A DNA stretch of 51,692 nucleotides, counting the filler, from Basidiobolus ranarum (taxonomy: Eukaryota): the NCBI GenBank assembly GCA_040143965.1. It is 2 parts of 2 records of this genome, joined end to end, with 100 filler letters (N's around TTAATTAATTAA, not from the genome) between each part and the next. Parts side by side here need not be neighbours in the genome. Positions count along the whole stretch, not along the records: positions 1 to 25,845 come from JASJQH010000138.1; 1 more part is not named here. One strand, given 5' to 3'. The notes beneath the pieces were generated by a model, which did no database searches, was not told the origin of the DNA, and saw only the letters and a program-made list of their open reading frames with translations. Made by a program: the position numbers and the translations under genes. Positions within the stretch are counted from its first letter, which is position 1; every line of letters starts with the position of its first letter. Of the stretch, positions 1-12,821 are shown piece after piece.

Positions 1-2343
1 CTTGCCAATTGGCCTGTGCAGGAACTGCTTTGACAAAAAGAGAAAAGGGGGGGGAATTTTAAAATCTTACCCTTATCAAGAATATCAATAATGCGAGGCT
101 TTGAAGTCAAGGTACCCGATGTAGGGATTGCCCTCTTTAAGCTAAGATATTGTTCGCCGTGTAGTAGCATCATAGGGTTGAATGACGGAATCAATTCAGA
201 ATAGCGTACAGATTTCATACAAGCGAAGGGTGGAATGACACCAAACACGGGAAGAGTCATAAAGTTCGGAGAATTTTCATATACCAAGGATAGGTCCTTG
301 CGGGTAGCACCAACCCCAAGTGCATATAAAATTATATCGCGTTCAGTATACTCGAATTTGATAGGGTCGTAATCTTTCTGTAGGAAGGATTCGAGAGATG
401 GTTCCTCTTGATCAGCGCGACTTATATTTTCTTGAATGGCAGCAAGAGATTCTCCAGTACTAGTGGGGTAATGGGCTCTACCATCCTTAAAGTCACAGAT
501 TGTCTTCCACTTGGAAGCAACCGCTTCAGGAGTAAGCTTCTGCTTGGTAGAAAAGCCATGACCTCCTGTACGTTGCCATCTAACTTTTCCAACCCAGCAG
601 CTTCCAACTTGGAAGCAAGATCCAGTTTCAGTGCATTTTTCGTGGCCTAAGAATCCGACTAATGGTGCAACATACTCTGGCTTAAATACTTCAACCATCT
701 CAGGTGGCATGATGGTAGCAGTCATAGCTGTACCAGCATGAGGAGCGACAGTATTCACTAGAATGTTATATTTCTTTCCCTCAATAGCAAGACTGTTACT
801 CAAGGATAGAATACCAGCTTTGGCGGCACTGTAGTTTGCTTGACCAAAGTTACCAAAAAGACCAACAGACGAACAAGTGTTGATGATACGCCCATACTTT
901 TGTTTTTGGAAAATGGGCCAGGCAGCCTTGCACATTTTAAAGGTACCTCTTAAGTGTACACGTTGAACTAGGTCCCAATCTTGATCCGACATCTTTACGA
1001 ATGATTTATCACGAAGAATGCCAGCATTGTTAACAACAACATCTATTCTACCGAACGCCTCCATAGCCATGGCAATGACTCTATCACCATCTTCAACGGA
1101 GTCGGTATTAGCAATCGCCTTTCCACCTTCAGCCCGAATTTCATCAACAACTTTCTCAGCGTTATTTAAATCATTCACAACTACAGAAGCTCCGAGCTTA
1201 GAGAAGAGCTTAGCATACCCTCTTCCAATTCCATTACCTGCGCCAGTAACTATAACCACTTTGCCGTCGTAGCGAAGAGGCTCGACTTGCTGGTTAGATG
1301 AGAGTGTCTTGGCTGTTTCAAGGTATTCAAGCCAGTTAGTTTCTCCAATAGAGGAGGGGTAGCTAGGGGTAGAAAAGTCGGTAATGGCGTCCAATTTGGC
1401 GGCGACCGCAGCAGGGGTGAAAGTTGAATCGGCTTTGAAAACATTACCAGACGATACCTCCCATCTGAGTTTGGCAACGAATCCGGCACCAAGTTCAAAC
1501 AGACCGCCATTTTCTTGGGTAGTCTCATGGCACAAATAACCAACAACAGGGGTAATATATTCTGGGCTTAATTTTTCGAGTAGTTCTGGTGGCATAACCG
1601 TCTCGGTCATGCGCGAAGCTGCGATAGGAGCAATGATATTGGTATGAATATTGTATTTAGCACCCTCTCTAGCCAGAGTGAATCCGAAAACGGCTAATGC
1701 CATTTTGGCGGCACTGTAATTGGCTTGACCAAAATTGCCATAAATACCCGCGGCAGATGAAGTCATTATGATTCTACCAAACTTTTGTTTTCTGAAAATT
1801 TCCCAACATGCCTTTGTAATCTTATAAGCACCACGAACATGGACATTTTGAACCATATCCCAATCGGCGTCAGTCATCTTAGCAAATGATTTATCACGTA
1901 AAATACTAATGAGGACAGAAAAATGTTTAGCAACCAGGACTTAACATATATGGTGGTTGGAGTACATACCCAGCATTATTAATAAGTATATCGACACGAC
2001 CAAAAGCCTTCATAGTAGCGTCAATTATTTTCTCACCATTCTCGACTGAATCGTAGTTGGCAATAGCCTTTCCACCGCTCTTTTTGATTTCTTCGACGAC
2101 TGCATCAGCAGCGTTGCTAGAAGCGCCGCCACCAGAATGGGAACTACCTAAATCGTTGACAACAACGGCAGCACCACGTGAGGCGAAGAAAAGTGAATAT
2201 GCTTTACCAATGCCTATCGAAGGATGAGTTAATATCAGTTATTTCCCATTTGCTTGTCTTGGGTCTGAACAGATAAGTCACTTACCACCACCACCACCAG
2301 TGACAACAACCCCACGGCCATCAAAACGAAGTTCTTGTGACAT
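1..2343 (-). CDS. FOX2: Peroxisomal multifunctional beta-oxidation enzyme (hydratase-dehydrogenase-epimerase, MFE-2); 3' end outside the window
   Basis: ATG at 2343 gives MSQELRFDGRGVVVTGGGGGIGKAY. Two tandem SDR domains, each with NNAGILRDKSF and GNFGQANYSAAK, precede a hydratase-2 region (YTERDIILYALGVGA). GT-AG introns at 2285-2214 and about 1968-1906; another donor at 70. Confidence 0.96.
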
Positions 2344-3594
2344 AATTTACAAGTTGTTAAGAATAGATATAGCGACTATGGATGAGAGAAGTCGACAGAA
2401 CTGTACAAGTTATGATTGAAGCCAATGGTTCTTTTTATAGTAACTGTATGTGACTAAACACTTTTTTAAACTGGTGCATATTTGAAAGGTCACATCACAT
2501 GGTGAGGAAAAATTCACTGTCGATTACTGTTTCGTCAGATGATATTTCAGTCTGGAGGATTCGTAAGAAGAATTAAAAAAATTCCCAGGATCGCCATGAA
2601 TAATATAGGATTCCGAAAACACCTAGATTGACATCGAACTGAGCAGGAAAGTGCAGATTCTTTCTTGATAATAGCATGAATTCAGGCAGTGTCCATATAT
2701 TTGAATAGGAAATAAGGTTTATCAACTGGAAGTACAAGTTAATTTTATGTCTCATATTTCGAATAAGCCTTAGTCAAAGATATTGCCCGGCACTTGCGGG
2801 TACGTAAATTTACCATAGCCGATATAACCATTCACCCGTATCTGTGTGAGCTTTACTAATCTACAATTACAGAAGTGATACGGAGTCATAAGCATATTTC
2901 CCATGTAGATACACTATCGGTAAAGGTGTGAAGTGAACTCTGCTTTATTCTAGTTGAGAGACTGTATTTTGCCAATACTTGACTCCTGACCTGATTTTAG
3001 TTAACTGCGTTTTTGCATTCATTAATAGACCTGCTAGCTATACGAGCTTAGAACAGATAAGAGGTTTTGGGATTCGCAGCCAACTGGCACAGACCTAACA
3101 TAAAGATGTTGATCTTAAATCACATGACTTGGTTTGGGTGGGAACAATGATGGTGGGTTAGGGTTGGCTTTTGTACACAGTTCCAAGTCTTTCCGAAACA
3201 CTGCTTAGCCACCAAAGGGACTCGAATTTGAGGTAGGGGCTCATTTTCTTTATTACATGTGTGTAGATTGCCGTTGTCATCAAATCACTTAAACCAGCTG
3301 AAACCATGGTTGTAAATCCTTCAAAACACCAACTAGTCAAAAGCAAAGATCAATTCAAACTTGAATAATTTATTGTTGAAATGCACCCTCTTGCTCTACA
3401 GAAACGAAATCAATGCCTTGGCAAAGAAATCATACAATTCAAGAAGGTAAATCGAAACACAAGGATCGACCAAAGAATATGTGCAAAAGGGGGATCTTGG
3501 ATGCAGATGGATATGATGCTAATCTACGATACAAATTGGATTAGAATCGCAACATAGTTTTGAAATAAATCCAGACTATTACAATGAGAGATGT

Positions 3595-5346
3595 TTATAG
3601 AATTTGCTTCAACCAATTGTGCAATTGAACAGCAAACTCATAGTCCTCCATGGGTACGTCACTGGAAACTCTAGCAAAAGCAGTGGCAATGCTCTGAGGC
3701 TCGTAGCGGGCACCTATAGACATAAACGTTTACTTTATGTCCTTGCTAACCAAGCTATAAAGTTTGATTACCTTTAAGTGAGTTGCACATAGCATCAACA
3801 TAGACTCGATGGCCAGAATGTGTGATTCGAGCGTCTAAGATTAAACCGCCTTTGGAATGAAGGAACACTTGCTAGTAATCGAGAAGGGTTAATAAAAATG
3901 CGGCAAAACAATTGCGGTGAAATGTGTGTAGTACCACGGGCTCTTGATGAATCTCATGCTTAAGATCGACAGTAAACTCTGGTGTCTGTCCGTATATCCA
4001 TTCCCAAGTCTGGAGCAAATTAGCACTGTTAGTGGAGCTCAAAACAGATATGCAATCAAACGAATATTACATCGATGTTATTTCTATACTCCTGGATCTG
4101 GGGATGTTCTTGGATGAAGTTTTCGTCCATGATAGTAGGCTAACCAAGCAAATGTAAGCACTAGTTTGCTCATGATGTATTCGCTGACTTGAGAATTTAC
4201 CTCTAATTTCTCTGCTCCAAAGTGACTTGTGAACTCTTTGGCCACTGCTTCGCAGAATGATTGATGATCAATGGTGTACGAGTATGGACGCAAATTTGTT
4301 ACTTTAGAAGGCACGCTTTCAACACCCTTGGTAGTCATGTACTCCTATGGAAATGATGAGGACTTGACTTTGATGTAATGAAAAGCTTCAAGACATACCT
4401 TGTTGCTTCGTAAACATCCGGACAAATTCGAGAGTTCAGTATCAATGAGCATCGTCCCATGATGGTACGCTCTTCGATTTGTAAGTTTATAAGCTGATCC
4501 AGAAACGTTATCCTGAATTAAGGAGTTTTGTCCACTATCATAGAGTTTATAAGAAACTGAAATAATACAACGAAAAAGGATATTTTAAATCCGTCCACAG
4601 TGATATCATTTCTTTCGTTAACATATGCAGGAATGTCGCAATCAAGCAAAGCTCTGGTAACCAGTTCTGCACTAGTTTTTCTATTAAATGCCTCTTTGGG
4701 CATCAAAATAGTATAGCAGGAATTCCCCATATCCTATTAATGTATAAATACTAAGCAAGATTACTACTAACACTAATGGATAAGGCTACTTTACCTGATA
4801 CACTGCACCACCACCACTTTGTCTTCTCACTAAAGGAATCCCCAACTGCCGCATCAATGGAATATTACATTCTTTCCACGGATTCTGTATTTCATATTTA
4901 GGTTGAACCAGGTTAGCAAAGAGAGATTGTTTGACCTGTTGGAGATATAATCACTTGCCTGATTCCTTCCTACAACTACGCAACTACTATTTCTCCATAA
5001 ATAAAGTATATATGTTTGTGGATCGGTATTTCTAAATAACCTTTAAATTGGAGAGAAAAAGAATTGTTTAACAATTCGGTAATCTTCCACAAATTAATAT
5101 AATAAATAATGGGAACCATTCTTCAAAAGCTAGATTAGTTTTGGTGTCACTCAGGCTGGAAGTATATAAAGCCAGCTTGAAAAGTTGGTAATGTTTAAGA
5201 ATGAGATTGGTTTGGTTTATGAAGAAAAAAATTGAAAATCTATTTTAACGTACCTTATGTGCGTGTCTTACACGTTGAGGTGTAGACAAACTTAAGGCAC
5301 GGAAGTTCGACCGAACTGCAAAACGGGAGCTTAAGAAAATGCTCAT
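3595..5346 (-). CDS. AIM22: Mitochondrial lipoate-protein ligase A / lipoyltransferase (11 exons)
   Basis: Manual splicing gives an Arg/Ser-rich presequence, NLAFEEWLF, LYLWRN...[40 protein letters not shown]...[20 protein letters not shown] and [14 protein letters not shown] at 3597-3595. The model needs one GC-AG and one AT-AC intron. Confidence 0.92.
4507..4583 (-). other. U12-type (minor spliceosome) AT-AC intron in the lipoate-protein ligase gene
   Basis: 5' end ATATCCTTTT, branch point TCCTTAAT 10 nt before the end, terminal AC. Removal joins GFK to VSGSAYK in frame. Confidence 0.88.
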
Positions 5347-6355
5347 TTGATACCAAGACCTCGTTTACGAAAGTTGCTTAGAAATAGGGATAGAAGAAGA
5401 ATATTTCTACATAAACCTCCCCACGCTCAAATTTGCAAAGATCTCTAAATCTTGTATAATCAGTTTCCCTTTTTAGTAAAAGAATGGTTACTAAACCTTA
5501 TTAGCAAAAGATTATCAATCGAGGTAACCATTTGAGGAATCTCTTCCATCTCTGTGTGAACTGTAACTAGTTTCAGTCATTTGGGATCTTGGTGGAGAGA
5601 TCCATTTAACAATACCATATACTTGAAAAGTGCCTTTACATGATCAAATCATATATGCTAATATCTGCTCCAGTTTTTAGCGATAATAGGCACATAATCA
5701 AGAGGGAATGTGACTCTATAAGTATCTCCACAAAAACGAGTCCCATAACAATGAGCAATGTATTCAATTTCTATACTTGAATAAACTACATCAAGAATCG
5801 TTTAGATATCATGTCATATTTACTTAGAGTAACAGTTCTCCCATATTGAAAACAAACAATAGCGTGTCTTGCTTCGTCAAAAAGCTCTCTTTCATGCGGC
5901 TCAAACCAAACTCTAAAGTAAATCATGAGAACTGTCCCTCAGCTCAATGACTATCAAGATACTGGCCGTTGATGACATTAACATTCATATTGAGATAATA
6001 CCATACTATTCAACACGTTCAGGCTGTATTCCATTACTTGGCTCCCCATTTCAACATGTACTTATCATGATGGAGATTCACATACTATTACTCTTTTTCA
6101 TTATCCAACATACTATATTGTTGTTCAGCAGACAGAGAAAGGCGTTATTGAATATCTTGTAACAAGCTAGTAGTATATTAAAGAAAAATCAGATAAGGTA
6201 ATAAACGTTGGAGGGTTTAAATTTGGGGATGAAAAATAAAAAAAAGTACTAGTTAATAATAACTAGGAAGCTACAGTTAGTGAGTTTAGCGAATCGACTA
6301 CTTCATAAAGAAAAGTAGGTGAGTTTAAGTGAGGGAATGACAACGAGAGGGTGAT

Positions 6356-7292
6356 TTACAGGACCAAACATCCCTTCTTCTTCTGCTTGGTTTTGGTAAG
6401 CAAAGCAGCACGAGTAGCATGCTCAAACACTTGGCGAACTCCATCATTTTCTTTGGCAGAGCATTCCAAATATTTGTAAGCGCCAATTTTGTTGGCAACA
6501 GAGGTGGCCTAAGTAATAATGAAAATATTAACAAGAAATAATTTTTAGGAGATAAATTCAAATGGCCTAACCTGTTCATGGGGAACAGGTGATTGTCCCT
6601 GCTTCTTGAGTTCTTCAATGGTTCTAGGATCGTTACGCAAATCCTTCTTACATCCAACAAGGATTATAGGGAGACCAGCACAGAAGTGAAGGACTTCAGA
6701 GATCCACTACAAGAGTAGAAAAGGTATGCTTAATATATGGTTGGTATAACATGATTTAAGATATCAATTACCTTCTCTTGTACGTTTTCCAAAGAATCAG
6801 GAGAATCCACTGAGAAACAGATCAAAATAACGTGAGAGTCAGGGTAGGAAAGAGGACGGAGACGATCGTAATCTTCCTGCCCAGCGGTATCCCATAGAGC
6901 AAGTTCAACCTTCTTGCCATCGACCTCAACATCGGCAACATAATTTTCAAATACAGTAGGGACATACACCTATAAGTAAATGAAAAGACATTAGTAACAT
7001 GCTTCAAATAAAATGTAAGAATTCGGAAATCAAAAACAAATTGATAGAGGTATAGAAAATATAACAACAGCTAACGAAATACTCTAGAGAATAAGTGAAG
7101 AAAGGAAGGGATGATGTATATAAAGAAAATTTCAAGTCATAAGTGCCAAGATTATTCTTGAATAGGTCGATGTTAAGAATGAAGACATAAAATTACCTCA
7201 GGAAAAGTGCCTTTAGAGAAGACAATCAATAAACAAGTTTTACCACAAGCACCATCTCCAACAATTACTAATTTGCGACGAATTTCGGCCAT
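6356..7292 (-). CDS. RHO1: Rho1 small GTPase (exons 7292-7197, 6969-6772, 6706-6572, 6508-6356)
   Basis: [55 protein letters not shown] and the polybasic CaaX end KKKGCLVL*. Confidence 0.97.
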
Positions 7293-9514
7293 AGTTGACT
7301 TTTAGCAGGATTCTAATGACAAAAAGGAGGAAGTTTGGTTTAAAATTTATAGATAAAGTGGCTATATATAAGAGTACAATGGAATAAAAGTTAAAGAAAA
7401 GCGAAGAATAGATGTTGTGGGAGAGAGAGAAGGCTTTACCAAAACAAATATAATAGCAGCACAGTTAGGGTTAGGTTGGAAGGAGAACTAAAGAAATAAA
7501 GTGAATTGAATCTTTGGGCAAGATTAAGGTGGGGGCCAGGTAAGGAAGGGGTAGATGAGTAAGGTGGGAGCCGAGCAGAAACAAAATGGGGACTAAATTT
7601 AGGATAGTACATATAGGGTAAGTTCAAGAAAAATAGATATAAAAAAGGGTGATACTCCAAGCACTACAACAATCGTAACAATGGAATTAGGAATCGCAGT
7701 GAGCCAAACTAGGTGATTTAGCTTTTGTTTGTGGTGATGAAGAATAATAATGGTAATCTGTATCAGAGATTGCACTCAAGGGCGCTGGGCAGCATTGAGC
7801 CACCATTCTATTTGAGACCACGAAAATCCCTAGGAAATTTCGAAGTGCATGGAGACAAAAATTGACGAGTATGTCCTCAAACCCGTCTTTGTTTCGCTCT
7901 AAGAGCTCAGCGATTGGCCATAGTGCATCCACAGCTAATCATTGAGATTTGGGGAGAGGGGGTTAGATTTCATTGATAAGACTCTAGAACTCACACTCGA
8001 TCATGAATATAAATAACTCTCATCCCAATGCCGCCCATTCATTGTTTTGGGGAAGCATGCAGTAGTATCTAGCAGCTTTAATATGTATATTTGTAGCACT
8101 AACACCAGTCTGAAGCGTGTTTGTTCTTAAATCATATCTGCATGCTAAATTTCCCAGTCATTGTTTATGAGCCACCACTCGTCTAGTAGAGTACTTACCA
8201 ATACACTATTCTAGAATATGCCTCAGGATTTAGCTGTGTGACATCAGCTATATATTGGACATTTATTTGTGTACGTCGAGTACCTTTTGATTGTTATTAC
8301 GGAGATCGAGAAGATCGCTTCCTGTTTGGCGAAGAAACATCGAGTTTTCATTGGTAAATATTCCAATTTCGATAATGATCGTAATGAATTTGGTCGATCA
8401 TCTTGAGATCTGTCGGAGTCATATTATAAGTAACCATCCTAATCGACAAGGGATGATACATGGGTACCTGGTAAGGACTTCTCATGACGTGTGTATGATG
8501 CAGTCTGAACTGCGCAAAACCACGTGGCTTTCTTGGGCATGGCCTTGTAGCAAGGAGAGGTGGTTCAATGCTCCATTTCTAGAGTAGAGTATGGATGGGT
8601 TTTCAATATCCATCTGATATCGCAGCTGAGTTCTAAGCTTTGATTACAAACTGGGAGTCGGATAATCGTAGGCTGATTCATAACACACATGTTGCATATA
8701 GAAGCGATTTATTTTTGTGGTCATACGACCATTGCTTCTTCAGTGGCTAGAGAGAGTAATCTTTTATGCCTTGTAGATCTTTAACTGAGACGAGCATACG
8801 TTGCCAAGTAATGACTTCTCCAATGGCCATATTATGTTGAAATGAAAATTTGTAACTGATGGTGTATATTATATTGATTCTTACATTGCGCATCATGGAT
8901 ACCAACCACACACAAACGTTAATGTCAATACTCTTGTACACGTTGGTATCGTAGTGTTGCTCACAAGCCATACGATTTCTTGCAATGCTGAGGACTGTAT
9001 CAAGTAATGAAAAACCAATATCCGATGTCAAGCCCATCTGTTGACACGACGGCATTGCAGCAGTGATTTGATCATGCTCTAATCAATCGATCCGTACTGC
9101 ATGATATTATCTAACTAGAATATGGTTTTAAGCCAACTCTAGTCATATTTGGTACTGCTGACATACATGAAAAGCCAAAAATTCTGCTACTTTGAGCCTG
9201 GAATAATTGTTGGCAATTATAGTGATAATGAATATAACTGTTGTGAAATATACTGGATGATTGGGGTTCTAAAATATGATGCACATAGCTGGATCATCAT
9301 TTTATTTTCCTGCTGTAGATGTAAAAAGTAATCACTCCATATAACTATATGCCTATTGAGTATCACATGATATAATCACTTCAAAATCTAATGCTTTTAT
9401 CTCAGATAGCTATGCTAGATTAAATCTTTAACTGTATGAATGTTACTCGCTTGTCAAATAGTATATTGTATATTCGAATGTATTTGAACATGTTAAAGCT
9501 GGTATAACTGAATG

Positions 9515-10893
9515 TGTTGAAATTAGCATTGCCTAAACACCTACATAGTCATATATAATTTTTCAAGCCCGTTCTGGAAGCCCCGAACTTTGCACACATG
9601 TTTCTGGGGCCTTCTTTAACACGTTCTACACGTTTTTTGTGTATATCTTGACAAAAGTATAAATGTCAACTTTCTACTCATTAAATTAATAAATGAAAAG
9701 CCACAAATTCTTCTAGTGCACCAAACCACTTCCAACTATTGAAGTTAGCATTACCCAAATACCTATATAGTCATATATAGCTTAGTATTTAGTTATCTTG
9801 TGTTTCACTAAGATATTACCCATTATTCTCATGAGGAATTTACTTAGAATATTGACACCAACTTAGAAGTTCTCAGATATATAGATTTTGATAACTTAAT
9901 CTAAAAGCCTCAAACTTTGCACACATGCTTCTAGGATCTTTTTTATTACATCTTACATGTTAGTTTGCTTACATCTTGACAAAAGTATAAATGTCAACTT
10001 TTAACTCAATGAATAAATAAGTGAAGATTGTTGAAATTAGCATTGCCTAAGCACCTATATAGTCATACATAGCTTAGTACTTAGCTATCTTATGTTTCAC
10101 TAAGATATAACCCATTATTCTCATAAGGAACTTACTTAGAATATTGACACCAACCTGGAAGTTCTCAGATATATAGATTTTTCAAACTTGTGCTAGAAGC
10201 CCCAAACTTTGCACACATGTTCCTGCAACCTTTCTTAACACATTCTATACATTAGTTTGTTTACATCTTGACAAAACTATAAATGTCAACTTTCTACTCA
10301 ATAAATCAATAAGTGAAAACCACCAATTCCTTTAATTCTCCAAACCACTTCCAACAGGCTCCCAAATACTTTAACAAATTATACATCTGTGGGAAACCAA
10401 GAAAAATATCCATAAGGCTGTGCTTCTAGGCAGCTAAAGTAGCTAGGCAAATGCTATAGAAAGTTTGAATCAATTTGAAAAGTTGATCTTTTTGCAGATC
10501 CTACATGAGGGGTACAACTTTGATTCTTAAGGCATTAAAATAATTAACTTTGAATATCCCAAATGTCTGTTGAAATCAACATAGCTTATACATCTATATA
10601 GTTATATATAGCTCTGTACTTAGTTCTTCCATATTGAACTAAGATATCACCAACTATTCTCAATTGGAGTTTACTTAGAAGTTTGAAGATACATAGATCT
10701 TGGGAATGTGTCCTAGAGGCCCCAAGCTTTGCACACATGTTCCTGGGACCTTTACTAACACACTCTACCCATTTTTTAGTCCGCTCCTTGACAAAACTAT
10801 AATTGTTGACTTTTCACTCAATAAATAAGTGAAAATCACCAATTCTTCCAAGTTCTACATATCACTTCCAACAAATCCCAATATACTTCAATA
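9515..10893 (+). repeat. Cluster of four copies of a ~345-bp solo-LTR-like element (about 9515-9736, 9737-10027, 10029-10376, 10568-10893)
   Basis: Copies begin TGTTGAAAT (TATTGAAGT in the second) and share blocks such as CTTTGCACACATG and TTGACAAAA(G/C)TATAAAT. Full copies end TACTT(C/T)AA(C/T)A, giving TG...CA-type short inverted termini. The last copy is flanked by ATGTC/ATATC, a 4/5 possible TSD. Confidence 0.85.
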
Positions 10894-11685
10894 ATATCTA
10901 TTTTATTAAATAGAGTAGGTTTATTGGACCAGACTCATGAAGAGCCAACAATAGGTGACCATTTCCAATCCAATCTAGCTTATTTGTAAGATCATTGTCC
11001 ATTCATGTCCATAAATTGTTATAGCAAGTCAACGTACCAGTCAAATTGCCACAATAGAAAGCCTTACGTGGAGAGATCTGTTAACTAGCAGAGTGAGTTG
11101 ACCTTGCCTATAAAGTATATCTGATCTAAACTAGAACCAATAGACAGGTTTCAGCATCAAAGCTAGTCGAAGAGATCAATACTAATACAAAAGAGAGTAG
11201 CACCATTGAACTCTAAAAAAATTGAAAAGTAACCGATTGGAAATTAGAGACTAAACTTTAAAATGGATAAACAATGGGAGAATCTAATATGAAAACCAGC
11301 AGAAATACTACGCAAGAATAGTGAGCATCAAACTGTAATAATGTCCAATTCGTACGCCAATTCGTTTCATTTTGAATGTAGGGCTAAGCTGAAACACATT
11401 TCTTATACTAAAATCTAGACTCTGTGACTATATCGAGTATTCAAATTCACTTTAGTAGGGCAGCAAATGAGTGTTTGTGGAGAGACAAACAAGTAGATAA
11501 TCAGGTTCTTACTAAGGGGAGATAGATGGTTAGCCCGAGCTGTGCATATTAGAGGTTTCCCTAATAGTCGTTGAAATACTTGCTTGTTACAGATCATGGC
11601 TTCATATAATGGCATTGAGGGACAGGGTTACTCAGTACTTGCGCATCTTACATCAGTAGAAAACTCTGTATTATAGCTGCTAACT

Positions 11686-12642
11686 ATGAAGGGCATGTTA
11701 TGGATGATATCGATTTTTTCTTTGGTCATTCATGCGTCGACTGCTGGAAACATTACTCCTTTGGAGTTCATTGAGAATGGCAATCCTCGGACGTACAATG
11801 AAGTCCCCTATCTTGCCACTGTATATGAATTGAAATCAGGACTCTGTAGTGGAATCCTGATCAGCGAAAGTTGGGTGTTGACTACCCAGTATTGCCTTCA
11901 GACCTCGGTTGAAGATACCTCTTTGAAGGGACTTTATTCCACAAAGCTCTGGAGAGTGGAGGTTGGTAGAGATATCTTACAAATTCCTTATGAAGAAGAT
12001 ATTTTTGAGGTAAAGAGATTTATTCCCAGATATTCTTCCCTCATAAGCACGCAGAAATTGGTAAGTGACCAGTCTGCATGAAGCAATATTTTATTTCCCA
12101 CTCTGATGTATATCTAGAGTAATATAGTGTTGATAGAGTTGGTGGGCAAAGTGAACACAACCAGAGTACCCAAGTTTGCCTCCATTGGTCATACAGACCT
12201 CCAAGTAGGAGATCAATTAGAGGCAACAGGCGTGGGGAATCCTGAAGATAGTGATGATGCTACTAACTTTACTTCCATCTCGGTCACCATTCAAGAGCCA
12301 AGCGCTTGTCGATTGCTTCATTGGAGGGAGATTGAGTTAAAAGACAGTCCATTATTGTGTGGAAAATTCAAAGCGGGGCAGACCGTAAATGCTGGTGACC
12401 CTGGTGGTCCATTGTATCAACGTCTAAACGATAACCAAGCAAAAGTGTATGGCCTCATTACTGGTGATTCTTCTCATGATCCTAACTTTTTCTCATTCGT
12501 TAACCTCGAATATCATATCAACTGGATTGCTCACACAACTGGTATATCAAAAGAAACTCTCCGGCTGTCTAGCTCTCACCGATTCACAGTCAACTATACT
12601 TTTGTCTTTATGATACTCCTAATTCTAGCTATCTTATATTAA
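11686..12642 (+). CDS. Trypsin-fold (S1) serine protease homolog type A1; catalytically inactive; signal peptide and GPI-like tail; intron 12061-12117
   Basis: CSGILISESWVLTTQYC replaces LTAAHC, SNIVLI replaces (N)DIALL and GDPGGPL replaces GDSGGPL. YHINWI is the S1 C-terminal motif. N- and C-termini are hydrophobic. Confidence 0.88.
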
Positions 12643-12821
12643 GATTACTTGCGATCACTATATCTTCGAGTTTATTACTTAATTATAAAAGCAAAGATGT
12701 CCTTCACCCATCGGTTTACAGTTGTCAATTTATTGACAATAAGGGAAATATTCTCACTTGTAAACAAGCAAGAGAATGCATTGGATGTAGTTAAAGCTTT
12801 ATTGGTGTATGTATGTGTTAA

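Noticed and set aside
408-1546. Short ORFs overlapping FOX2, and similar ones over VPS11, MedA and the cyclin
   Set aside because: Antisense or alternative-frame shadows of real genes.
7436-9331. ORFs upstream of RHO1
   Set aside because: Low-complexity 5' UTR/promoter sequence or chance ORFs with no recognisable family.
9515-10893. TTGACA...TATAAA resembling a bacterial sigma70 promoter; repeats resembling a CRISPR array
   Set aside because: Spacing is wrong, the context is eukaryotic, and the units are about 345-bp diverged copies without unique spacers.
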